From Sedimentisphaerales bacterium (GTDB lineage Bacteria > Planctomycetota > Phycisphaerae > Sedimentisphaerales > Anaerobacaceae), in the NCBI GenBank assembly GCA_963708075.1, contig OY970194.1:3552001-3616000 (forward strand): a stretch of 64,000 bases of DNA, given 5' to 3'. Below the pieces are notes generated by a model. The model was not told where the DNA came from. It worked only from the letters and a program-made list of their open reading frames with translations, and did not search any database. Below are positions 51,681 to 62,596 of the stretch, in pieces (position 1 is the first letter of the stretch; each line of letters begins with the position of its first letter). A program made the position numbers and the translations under genes.

Positions 51681-52520
51681 ATGAGAAGGATCTCACTCGG
51701 GGTGATTCTCTTGTTCCTCATAACGAGCATCGCCCAGGCAGACTACGTCACTCCCTTGTACCAGCGTGTCCGGTATTCCCCCTACGCATTTGGCTACCAC
51801 ACCAATGGGCTGGTTCCCGGCGGAATCACGTACTCCCCGTACGCTTTCAAACCCGGCAGCGCCGGGCTGGTATTTGAGGGCGTCCGGTATATCCCGTACG
51901 CATTCACCTACAAGAGCTCAGGTCTGGTCCTCGATTACTACTACTACCCCATCCCCTATGCCGTGGGCAGCCCTCCGTGTTCGTACGATCAGGCCTATGC
52001 CAACTACGGCAGCGCCCAGCCAAGCGGCGCCCATAAGCCGACCTATCGCTCGCGGCCCTACGATCAGGGCCAAGACACAGCCGCCCCAATGGGAACCAGT
52101 GGGCCCGCCGCTCCCGCGGAAGATGCCTTAACCATCATCCGACAGTATCTCCGCGAGCGAAGACTCTCGGACATCGGCATCAATCGTATCCTGAGAGTCG
52201 GCAACAAGCTCGTCAGCGCCGATTTCACCGTGGGGGGCCGCAACCTGCTGATCAAGTACTGGGATCCCACACAGGTCCAATCGCCGGACGCGAACACTGG
52301 CCTGGAACAGGGTTCGAAGGCTTCCAGTGAATCAAAGATGACCAAGAAATACAAGCAGGATTGGGAAGCCTTCGCCGGCAAGTACCAGCAGGAGGGCGGA
52401 GAGATCTACGTCGTGACAGCCTCCAGCCGAGCGGACATCATCGCCGCCCTGGATGCCTGCGAGAAACTGCGTTCCGGCGATGTCGAGCCAAGCCCGCCGC
52501 CCAGGTACGTCAAGCAGTAG
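51681..52520 (+). CDS. Secreted hypothetical protein with three Y(S/I)PYAF repeats
   Basis: AAGGAG RBS, signal peptide (AQA cleavage site), and three imperfect 19-aa repeats. Confidence 0.75.
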   Translation: MRRISLGVILLFLITSIAQADYVTPLYQRVRYSPYAFGYHTNGLVPGGITYSPYAFKPGSAGLVFEGVRYIPYAFTYKSSGLVLDYYYYPIPYAVGSPPCSYDQAYANYGSAQPSGAHKPTYRSRPYDQGQDTAAPMGTSGPAAPAEDALTIIRQYLRERRLSDIGINRILRVGNKLVSADFTVGGRNLLIKYWDPTQVQSPDANTGLEQGSKASSESKMTKKYKQDWEAFAGKYQQEGGEIYVVTASSRADIIAALDACEKLRSGDVEPSPPPRYVKQ

Positions 52521-52529
52521 AATGCGACG

Positions 52530-55500
52530 TTATGGTGCGCCCGGCGTGGGGGACGACTCCTGCCGGCTCTGGCCGTCCAGCAGGTTCAACCCGCTTTCAA
52601 GAGGGGAAAGATCCTCTATTTTCACCAGGACGGCATCCATCGCCACGGAGATCAGGAAGTCCGAGCTGGTCGAGCCGCTGTTCATGCCATGAATGGCCAG
52701 GATGTTGGCCCCGGCCTTCAGATCGCTGATGAACGGGGAAATGTCGATGTAGTCATCGAAGCCCTGCGCGTTGGATTCGATGCTGCTATCGGCCTTCGAA
52801 TTCCATGAGGGCGTGCCGGTGAAGTTGCGCCGGGCGACCTCTTTGCCGTTGAGGTAGGCCACAAATCCGTCGTCGTACCGTATCTTCAGCGTCAGCTCGT
52901 TGACATCGGGGAGAGAACCCGCGTCCAGCGTGAACGGCGCGCGGATGTAGCACGTGTTGTTCTTGCCCGATCCATACATCTGGGCCTCCAGATCGAGGCT
53001 GATCAGTGACTCATAGTCGGTATCGCGGTCATAGCCCACCCCGCCGGGACTGCCCACGCACAACTTCCATCCGGAATCATTGAACGCCCTGCCGCCCTTC
53101 CAGTCGCCGCTGACGGAGCCGGTCGGAACAAGGACACGCTTGTCCGCCTGCTCCTGCACGACGGCGAGGCTGGTCCTGATGATCCGCTGAGTCCCCGGAT
53201 TCGCCGCCCCGGGCGTGGGCAAGGGGAAGTCGTCCAACTTGCTCGCCCCATCGGGTGTGCGACCCTGGGAGACATCGGGCGTCTGATGGCCATAGGTTAC
53301 CTTGTCGATCTCCTTCGCCTGGCTGTCGAACAGCCGGATGGTCCCTCCAGTAGTAGACAGGCGGAAGCCGACGTGCCCGGGGACATTGGACTTGTCTGCC
53401 AGGAGTACCGCGTGACCATTGCCTCCTATGAAGCTCAGCGGCTTTATCCGGCTCGCAACAGGAAGCGTCGCAGGGCCATCCGTCAGGTACATCCCTGCCA
53501 GGTCGACAGGATCAGCATCCGGGTTATAGAGCTCAATGAAGGCGTCGGCAACCAGCACCTCGGCATCGGCGAGCCATTCATTGATCCTGACCATGCCGGG
53601 ATTACCCAGCACCTGGGCAACGTTTTCCTGTCCGAGGGTGGGGACAGTCAGATGCCACTGGTCGTCATACCCGACTCGACCGATAGACAAATCCGCCGTT
53701 TGCCGGCCGAATTCGACGGAATCGACCAGCATTCTGGACTTGTTGTACAGGTAGAGAGCGCCGCCCTCCGGGTTCAGGACAAAACCAAGGTGCACGCCGG
53801 AGGTCTTGGCATCGGTGTCTGCATAGAGGACAAGGTATTGGCCCGGCATGATCTTCGAACCTGACGAGAATACGAACTTAACCGGAGGGGTCGCGCCATC
53901 CGTCAGGCTCATGCCCGACAGGTCGTACGAGGCCGCACCATCGTAGTACAGTTCGACCATGCCCGGGAACGTGCCCTCGTGGTCAACCGCCGACTCGTTG
54001 ACCACCAGAACCTCGCTGATGACAAGACGCTTGTAGGAGGAGTCCACGGTCCACGTGCGTGATGTCGTCACAACGGCATCCGTCCCGAGCAGCGGGTCGT
54101 TCTGGTACCAGCCGGCGTCGTTCTTGCCGATGACATCGACGTGGTGCGAGCCCTGGGCCAGGGCCGTGAGCGTGATCGGCGTGTCGATGGGCGTCTCGGC
54201 ACTCCAGGATTTGTCGTCCAGCCGCCATTGGTAATGGGTAAAACCGGAACCGAGAGGAAAGCCTGCCGTGGGAATGCCGCTACCGGTGCGATTCACACCC
54301 ACGAGAAGCGTGGCCACAGTCCTGCTGGTCTTTGGGGCCGGCTCGCCGGAGATGGAGACGCCGAGCGGAATCACGCCGCCCTTGTCCGCTCCGTTAGGGC
54401 CGGTGCCGCGGGCCGGGGACCCGTCCTGGAGGCTGAACCAGTCGCGCATGACCTGCGCGTCCTCCCAACTGGTGAACCGGGCTTCGGAGACATCGGGAAT
54501 GTGCTTGAGCATTGGATCGAGGGTCGTGTTGCCGCTGCCCGGGCCGTCCCAGGGTATCGGCAGGATGTTATTGTTGAAAGTCACCGTGGTCTGCTTGGCA
54601 TCGTAGCTGCGAACTAATTGCTCCGCATCGACGATGATATTGCCTTCCAGGTAGAACCCCTTGCCAAACGCGGATAAACTTGGGGTCGTGTCACGGACAC
54701 AGACCACGCCGGATGCGGCATCCTCCCCGCCCTTCTTGGTCGTGTGGACGATGGTGTTGTTGATGAGGGTGTAGAAGTTACCCTCCTTGGCTGTCGCCGC
54801 GTTGTCGCAGTCGAACATCAGGTTGCCAAGGATCGTGACCTCCGCCGTGCGGCCACTGCTACTGCCGGCCGAAACTGCGGCGGAGCTGTCCGGCGATCCA
54901 TTGCGATGAACATGCAGAAAGATATTGCCTTCGACCCAGACGTCCGTACCGTCGATGTCCATGAGGTCATCGTCGGACCCGATGAAGACATTATTGCAGA
55001 CCTGGAGAATCGGTTGATCCTGGTCCCGCTGGCCGCCCGAGAAGCCCAGGGCGTCATTGTGGCCCTTGGTCTTGCCCAGGAAGCAGTGTCGCAGGATGCC
55101 ACGGCCGCCCGCCTTGATGCCGCCGCTGCCTTTGACCAACTCGACCGAGGCCGTGGGCGTCGGGAAATGACAATCGCTGATGACAAACGAGGCCCCCTTG
55201 AGCGAGACGTACTGGTGCGTGGTCGTGACGAAGGTGGCGTGGTCAAGGAACAGCGTGCCACCGGTCACCTGGACACAGGTACTGCCATTGCCCTCGAAGG
55301 ATATATAAGCCATACGTGTCTCCGGCGAGTCGCCCGCGCCGTTGATCGTAATGCCGCCCCAACTTGCACTGGAGCCAGCCGGCCTGGTGAAACGAATCCC
55401 CTTCGCCTCCGTCCCCTCCGCCAAGATGCACCCGCCATCAGCTACAGTGATGTTGACCCCCGAGGCCAAATACACGGTAACGCCCGGCTGGATGGTCAGC

Positions 55501-55709
55501 GTACGTTTGTCGGGGATGGTAAGACTGCCGGTGAGCTGATAGGGACTTGCGGCAGCGGCCCAGACCTCATCGCTCGCCAGAGTGCCGCCGGCCCTGGTCG
55601 TTGTGGCTTGGATCGTGTACTGAGGCCCCGCGTCGGCAGTGCCGAAAGTATGGACGACCACGCTGGACGATAACACGGCCCAGACACAGAAGAGTCTTCC
55701 CATTGACAA
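52530..55709 (-). CDS. Secreted beta-helix plus lamin-tail-domain protein
   Basis: Signal peptide, parallel beta-helix repeats, LTD motifs (VISEVL, RINEWLA..FIELYNP, PTPG), and a YDDGFVAYLNG module. Confidence 0.85.
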   Translation of the reverse strand: MSMGRLFCVWAVLSSSVVVHTFGTADAGPQYTIQATTTRAGGTLASDEVWAAAASPYQLTGSLTIPDKRTLTIQPGVTVYLASGVNITVADGGCILAEGTEAKGIRFTRPAGSSASWGGITINGAGDSPETRMAYISFEGNGSTCVQVTGGTLFLDHATFVTTTHQYVSLKGASFVISDCHFPTPTASVELVKGSGGIKAGGRGILRHCFLGKTKGHNDALGFSGGQRDQDQPILQVCNNVFIGSDDDLMDIDGTDVWVEGNIFLHVHRNGSPDSSAAVSAGSSSGRTAEVTILGNLMFDCDNAATAKEGNFYTLINNTIVHTTKKGGEDAASGVVCVRDTTPSLSAFGKGFYLEGNIIVDAEQLVRSYDAKQTTVTFNNNILPIPWDGPGSGNTTLDPMLKHIPDVSEARFTSWEDAQVMRDWFSLQDGSPARGTGPNGADKGGVIPLGVSISGEPAPKTSRTVATLLVGVNRTGSGIPTAGFPLGSGFTHYQWRLDDKSWSAETPIDTPITLTALAQGSHHVDVIGKNDAGWYQNDPLLGTDAVVTTSRTWTVDSSYKRLVISEVLVVNESAVDHEGTFPGMVELYYDGAASYDLSGMSLTDGATPPVKFVFSSGSKIMPGQYLVLYADTDAKTSGVHLGFVLNPEGGALYLYNKSRMLVDSVEFGRQTADLSIGRVGYDDQWHLTVPTLGQENVAQVLGNPGMVRINEWLADAEVLVADAFIELYNPDADPVDLAGMYLTDGPATLPVASRIKPLSFIGGNGHAVLLADKSNVPGHVGFRLSTTGGTIRLFDSQAKEIDKVTYGHQTPDVSQGRTPDGASKLDDFPLPTPGAANPGTQRIIRTSLAVVQEQADKRVLVPTGSVSGDWKGGRAFNDSGWKLCVGSPGGVGYDRDTDYESLISLDLEAQMYGSGKNNTCYIRAPFTLDAGSLPDVNELTLKIRYDDGFVAYLNGKEVARRNFTGTPSWNSKADSSIESNAQGFDDYIDISPFISDLKAGANILAIHGMNSGSTSSDFLISVAMDAVLVKIEDLSPLESGLNLLDGQSRQESSPTPGAP

Positions 55710-55739
55710 TCTTCCTGTACAAGCCGGTCTGAGCCGGCG

Positions 55740-58700
55740 TCACGGTTTACCCGGCGTGGGGGACGACTCCTGCCAGCTTTCGGAATCATTCCAGGTCGCG
55801 GGCGCGCCGGCAGGATCGAGAATCGTCAGGGACTTGCCGCCGCCGTCCGTCGAGGCGTACCACGTGTTGCTGTATTTGAATCGCAGGATGGCCGCATCCA
55901 AAGGAGCCGGCAACTGCAGCACGATGTCCTCGCCGGTGTTGTTCAGATTGCCGCTGTACTGTCCGGCGACCTTGGGCACTGCGCCGTAAGCCGACCGGAA
56001 CGAAGCCGGATCGGCCACGACCACTGTGTATTCTCCCGGCTGCAACAGCATCGCCGGGAACACGAAGCTTATGCCATGGCTGAACCGGACGCCATTCACG
56101 TCGAGCACCTTGTCGCTCACATTCGCAAGCTCGACATAGTCATAGCTGCCCCCCTGCGGCGAATGGTACATGAGCTCCGTGATGCGCAGACCGTCCAGCA
56201 GATCCAGTTCGCGCTGGTAGGCGGTTTGGCCTTCCACTTTCACGGACACCGCGTCCATTGCCGCGTTAATGAGAAAGTCCGAGCTGGTCACGCCGCTGTT
56301 CATCGCCTGAATGGCCAGAAGATTCGCCCCCGGCTTCAAGTCACCCTTGTATTGGGAGATGTTCACGGACTCATCCCAGCCCTGCCCGACGGATTCCCCG
56401 GAGCTGTCGGCGTGCGAATTCCACGAGGGCGTGCCTGTGAATTCGGCCCGAGCCACCTCTTTGCCATTTAGATAGGCGATAAAGCCGTCGTCGTACCGCA
56501 CCTTCAGCGTCAGTCCGTTGACGTCGGCAAGGGTGTTCACACCCAGGGTGAATGGAATGCGGATATAGCAGGAGTTGTTCTTGCCGCTACCGTACATCTC
56601 GGCCTCGGTGTCGAGCGTAATCAATGATCTATAGCCCTGGCCCCTCTCGAAGCCGACCCCACCCGGCGCCGGTGCAGAGGGCCCAGGTCGAATCATCGAA
56701 CGGCCCGCCGCCCTTCCAATCGTCGCTGATAGCGGCGGTGGGAACCAGGACTCTCTTGCTCGCCGCTTCCTCAATGATCGCCAGGGCCGTAGTAGTGGTC
56801 TTCTTCGACTGCGGGTTCGCCACCCCGGGTGTGGGCAATGGAAGAAGCTCGATACGATCGGCGCCATCCGGCGTGCGACCCTCGGAGACATCCGTGGTCT
56901 GCGATCCATAGAGGACCTTGTCCACCTCTCTCATCTCACTGTCAAACAGCCCTATGATCCCTCCATCGGACGACAGGCGGAAACCAAGATGGCCGGGGTC
57001 ACTGGAGCTGTCCGCCCGGAGCACCGCATGGCCATTGCCCGCCACGAAGGTCAACGGCCCTATCCTCGGCGGATCAGGCCAGATCGCGCAGTTGTCCGTC
57101 AGGGACATTCCGGCCAGGTCCACAGGGTCCGGGTGCGGATTGTAGATCTCGATGAAATCGTCTGCAAACAGGACCTGTCCGTTGGCGAGCCACTCGTTGA
57201 TCTTGAGGGTGTTGGCGGGGCCGGCGGATAGGCGATATTGGCCTGCCCGAAGGTGGGAATGGCCAGTTGCCACTGCCCGCCGGGTCCGACTCGGCCGATG
57301 GACAGATCGGGCAACTGCCGGCCGAACTGAACTGAGTCGAGCAGCGCACCATCCCTGTCATATAGATAGATCGCGTCGCCTTCGTCCGCCAGGGCGAACC
57401 CGAGGTGCAGGCCGGATGTCACGGCGTTGGCGTCGGCAAACACGACCAGATACTTGCCGGGGGCAATCGTCGCGCCGGCGGGGAACACAAACTTGTCCGG
57501 CTGTTGCGGGTCGTCGCTGAGACTCATTCCAGCCAGGCTCATCGCCGCCGGACCCTCGTAGTACAGCTCGACCACATCGGGGAAAGTCCCTTCATGATCG
57601 TAGGTCGTCTCATTGACCGCCAGCACCTCGTTGATGACAAGCTGCCGGTGCGATGTGTCCACCGTCCAGGTCGCCGTCGTCGGCTGGCTTTCCTCCTGCC
57701 AAACGCCCTCGGAGTTCTTCCTGATGACCGAGACCGTGTAGCTCCCGTTGGCCAGCCCCGTCAGCCGGATCGCCTGCGGCTTGCGAGTCCAGACATCAAG
57801 ATGCTCCGGGTGGGCGAGATTCACGGACGTCGGCAGTGTGTAAGAGAAACCGCCGGGCGTGACCGCCGTGACCGTGAACTGCCCGTTGTAGGCGGCGACG
57901 TCGGCTCCGGTGATTTCCACAATGTCACCAACCGCCAGGCCGTGGTTGGCGACCGTCGCCGTGGCGGTGACACCGCTATGCGTAAGGGCCGTGACGCGCA
58001 TCATGCGGGCCAGCTCGGTGCTCCAGGTGTTGTCGAAACCCGGGCCGGCGATGCGATACTTGTAGCCGTACATATCGGCGCCACCGACGGCAAGGGTGGC
58101 TTCCGTTCTCGAAGTGGGCGAGGCCGGGACACCTCCGATCGTTGCAGCGGCCGGGGCATAGAAGCCCATATCCACGCCGTTGAGTCCGCTGCCGCGAGCC
58201 GACGATTCCGGACGCAGGTGCACGTCGGGAATCATGCCTTCGAGGAGATATCCACTTTCAGCAAACCCCGGAAAGCCGGTGCTGAATCGGGACAGAGTCA
58301 TGTCCACGTACAGTTCGCGGTCCGCATCCACCAGGAGCGGATCAGCGTCGATATTTCCCGTGCCGAGATCGAGGAAGTCGCCGCCAACAATGGAGTTGTT
58401 GACCGTGAGCTGGGTGTTCTCAGGATTCACGAGAGTGCCGGTGCCGTTGTCGGTAGAGGTGCCATGGACCTCGGGGCCGTTGTTCCAAAAGATGCAGTTC
58501 TCAACATATGCGGCCCGGCCGGGGCTACCCACATTGCTGCCGACGTATTCATTGAGCAGGATCGCACCGGCGTTCTGAATGAACACGTTGTTGTAGATCT
58601 CCGCGTACGCGCCGGTCTTGTTGAGGATGCCGTAATCGCCGTGGTAGAAGATGTTCCGCACGACGACCAGATGCTGGGATTCAAGGTTGTCGGCGCTGGC

Positions 58701-61700
58701 AGAGCCGCCGCCGGTGCCGGTGGTGACGGCGGCCGAGGCGCTGCGGGCACTGTTGCCCACGTTGACATGCATGAAGAGATTGCCTTCGATGTGCGTGTCG
58801 GTCTCGTTGTCGTCGACGATGTCGTCGCCGCCGCCGGTGAAGACGTTGTTGAGGATCTGAGCTACGGGACCGCCTTTGACGCTGACGGAATTGAGGTGAA
58901 AGATGTCGGTGTCGCCGTGGGAATGGCCAAAGAGGTTGCCTTCGATGATGAACCAGCCGTCGGCGGGCATGCGCTCGGCCATGACCATGTAGTGACTTCC
59001 GAGATCGGCGAAGACACTGTTGCGAACGATGATCTGGGGGTCCCAGATGCTGAAGTACTGGGTATCGGAGCCGCTGAAGGTGGCATGATCGACGGTCAGC
59101 CGGGCCGTGGGGCCGACGGTGCTGCCGCTATTGTTGCCCGTGGTGATCCAGTGAGAGCGCGAGCCGCCGAATTCCAGGTCCGCATAGGCGATAATGTTGT
59201 CCTGCTTGGAGTCCGGGATCTGGAACCCGGCCCACTGCGTGGTCGTGCCGGGCAAACGCGTGAAACGAATCCGCCGGTACTCCGTGCCCTGGGCCACCAG
59301 CCGGCCATGAATAGTGAAGCCGACACTTGCGTCCAGAAAGAGGGTGGTACCGGGCTCGATCGTCAGGGTCCTGCCGGCGGGGATGTTGACATTGCCCGTG
59401 ACGTGGTAAGGACCGTCGGCGGCTGTCCAGGTTTCATCGGCACTGAGAGTTCCGCCGGCCTTGGTGGTCGGGACGCCGGTGTCGCTCCAGATATCGATGC
59501 TGGAACGATCGATCTCGCTGTCGTTTGCGTCAAAGGCCTGAACGACAATGCGGTTGATGCCGGGGAGGATGCCGACGCTGGCGATGGACCACTCGGCCTG
59601 CAAGGCGGTCCAGACGGCAGGTCGACCGTTGACGGTCACCCGCCGGGTGCGTACCGCATTAGCCGTGCCGGCAAGCGGGATCGCGTTGGACCTGGCGTGG
59701 ACAAAGCCGTCCGGCTCGGCAGGACCGGTCGTGATCGTGATGGACTGCGGGATCTGGGCCAACACCGCGGCCCTGCGGTTCCTGACGAACTGCTTCATTG
59801 CGGCGATGCGGTCCGCCGGCGTAAATTTCCCCAGGACCTGATCGAACAGCGGATCGAGCTTCTCAGGGCGAAAGATCTGATCGGTGACGTCCAGAAGTGC
59901 CTGATAGTAAAGGCGAATGATTTCCGGATGGCCGAGGAATCGCTTTAGTCCTTCCACGCCGTTCCAACTGGAATTGGGCGCGCCGGTAACGATCGTGAAG
60001 ATGCTTTGATCGACAGAGCCATGGGTGTTTCCCTGGTCCAGGATCGTATCGAGGTCGTGGGGAATCAGCACGAAGCGGGGATCCGTGGCACCCCGGTACA
60101 TGAAGTAGTCATCTCCGATGCCCATGCGGAGTCCCGTCTCGAGGTTCAACAGGCACGAGTCCAGCGCGATGTAACGCAGCCACTGCGAAATGTTGATGAC
60201 CCTGCCGACCTCCTGCTCATAGGTGGCGTCGGGCGCGTTGTTGAGCACGTCTACCAACTGGATCAAGTCCGACCAGTCGTCCTGCGAGGCATGGTTGGCC
60301 TTGAAGTAGCGGTTGCGATACCTGTCAGGGTCGGTGCCTTCATATCGCAGGTCGGCCTCGTTCGAGCCAGTCCGGAAGCACGTATAAAGGTTGCCGTCGG
60401 GGTCGTCGGAGAAGTGCTTGCCGGCAAAATCGTCATCGAATGCATCGAAGCGAGCGTACACGCCAAACATGGGACTGCCGGAATAGGCCAGATTGTCGCC
60501 GTTGATCCGCAACTGCACGGCTGCGGCATCGGCGGTGGCGATGCCCGCCATGCGGAAGATCGCACTGCCGATGATCTGCGCGTTCGTGTACCGACAGTTG
60601 AAGTTGATCGCACTGAGGCCCTTCCACAGCCCATCGCGCGGGAAGCTGACGTGGTAGTTGTTGGGCGGCCCATTTCGCGTGCCATGGCCGCGATTGCGAA
60701 TCCCTGCGCGGTAGCCCATCTCGACGCCCGTGCCGTCTATGCTGATGAACGTGCCGTTCATTTGGGAGTCGGGCCCATCGTTGCCGCTATGACTGCCGAT
60801 GTAGGCCAGACGGCCGCGCTCCATTTCCGTCATAATCAGGTAGTACAGCGGCTGGCTGCCGGCCTGCCAGTAGGTATCGGGATCGAGCGTCGCATCCACA
60901 CGATACAAGACGTTGGTCACCTGCTGCCACTGGCCATCCACGAGACTCGGGGCCGGCCACGTGCGGACCTTGCCCTCGACATCGATAGCCTCGACGTAGA
61001 ACTCGATGACGGCGCCGTCCGGCTGCGCAGGAATCCGGGCCCCGTAGAGGCCGTCACCGGCCGCACCGTCATCACTGGTCCCATCGTCAGACATCGCCAC
61101 GCCGATGAAATCGCTTCCGACCTGCGGATAGACACCCGTCCCGGCATAGATGGACCGATCCACGCGATACCACAGCCGAACCACCGCACTCTGGACGGAT
61201 TCATCGATTACCCTGGCCACAACCGTCACAGGATCGGCGGGTCCAGGAATCGGGGGATTATGCCGCACCTTAGGAATCACCGGCGCGATGTTATCCGCGG
61301 CGACGGAATTGGCTCTTCCCGGCGTCCCGCCATCCACCAGGCTCGCGGCCCAGTTCTGGCCAGACTCGTTCGGCATGGCCGCACTGATCAATTCCAGCGA
61401 CTTGCCACCGCCGTCCGTTTCCTCCGACCACTGCCACCCGCGATGACTCTGTTCCACCGGCCCAAGCTCGCGTACGGCCCAGTCACCCTCGTCGGCGTAT
61501 CGGACTTCGTTGATCACTGCCCCCGCCTCATCCACGAGTTGGATTCTCTCGCCGGAGTTGCTCAGCCATCCGGTCCAGCCACCCACCACGTTCGTCACTT
61601 CGGGATGCGCGGCCAAGAAGACACTGGTATCAGCCGCTACGACGAGGTACTCCCCGGCATTCAACACCACGTCCGGGAACACGTACTCAGCGCCGTCACT

Positions 61701-62417
61701 GAGTCCCCAGCCCGCCAAGCTAGCCGGTGCAGCCCCGGCGTTGAACAACTCGATCCACTCCTGCCTCTTGTCCTCAGCAGCCGGTGCCGCATGAGGGGGA
61801 TGAAACATGATCTCCGAGATGATGACATTCGCGGCTGCCGCCTGGTTGGATTTGCCCGGCGTAGGCCTCGCCAGGCCCTGCCACTGGTCGGCTCCATCGG
61901 GCAATCGGCCCAAAGAGACATCCGCCTCCTGGGATTGAAAAGTCACGCTGTCCAGCAGGTTGCTCTGGGCATCGTACAGGCCGATGGACTCGCCGCCGGC
62001 GCTGAGCTTGAAGTTCGCATGAAGCGGTCCCTGCTCGCCCTCCTGATCAGCCCAGACAAGCAAGAAGCCATGGGCCGGAATGGTCGTGACAGCAGGGTCA
62101 CCCATGGGGATCCGCCACTTCGTCGGGTCGGACAGGTCATCGCTGAGATAACACCCGGCGAGATTGACGGCGCTGTCGCCGTTATTGTACAGCTCGATCC
62201 AATCGTCAAAATCGCCGTGCGAGTCCTGGACGGAGCCGACGTTCTGGGCCATGAACTCGTTGATGGCGACGGTGGGCTTTCCGGTGGCTCCGCCCTGGCC
62301 GAGGACCACGGCCGAAAATGCCGACACCAGAACCAGCACGGAAATCATCCTGATTAAGCTGCATATTATCGGCCCTGATCCCTGGGACTGCACCCTCGCC
62401 ATTAGATTCTTAGCCAT
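55740..62417 (-). CDS. Giant lamin-tail/CotH-kinase/beta-helix surface protein with two frameshifts (about 56667 and 57225)
   Basis: ORFs 57099-62417, 56629-57273 and 55740-56909 join collinearly with the adjacent paralog. CotH motifs GIRNRG and LIPHDLD; multiple INE..A..DWIELYN LTDs. Confidence 0.85.
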
Positions 62418-62467
62418 CGAAGCCTCAAAGCAAAACCACCCTCACACGTGGCGGGTGAAGTATGTTC

Positions 62468-62496
62468 ATTGTAGCGAAAACGAGGCCCTGAGTCAA
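62468..62496 (-). promoter_or_regulatory. Sigma70 promoter of the CotH/LTD gene
   Basis: Minus strand TTGACT-N17-TACAAT, 50 nt upstream of the ATG. Confidence 0.65.
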
Positions 62497-62553
62497 TACC
62501 AGCGTCGCGATAGCGGCGGGACAGTCATGCCCCGTGCCAGGTAGATGTTTCTT

Positions 62554-62578
62554 GTAGAGACGCAACATTTCGCGTCTC
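62554..62578 (+). repeat. Solo GTAG REP
   Basis: GTAGAGACGCAACATTTCGCGTCTC hairpin. Confidence 0.65.
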
Positions 62579-62596
62579 CCCCGGCCCGCATGACGG

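Noticed and set aside
798..57228. Frameshifts at about 800, 56667 and 57225 as programmed recoding or true pseudogenisation
   Set aside because: They are 1-2 nt losses in C runs or GC repeats with intact flanks and no slippery heptamer; sequencing error is the simplest explanation.
8645..62357. Long antisense ORFs (for example 8645-10075, 40863-42839, 46798-48543, 57405-59948, 60006-62357)
   Set aside because: They are shadow frames opposite well-supported genes in GC-rich DNA and carry no recognisable motifs.
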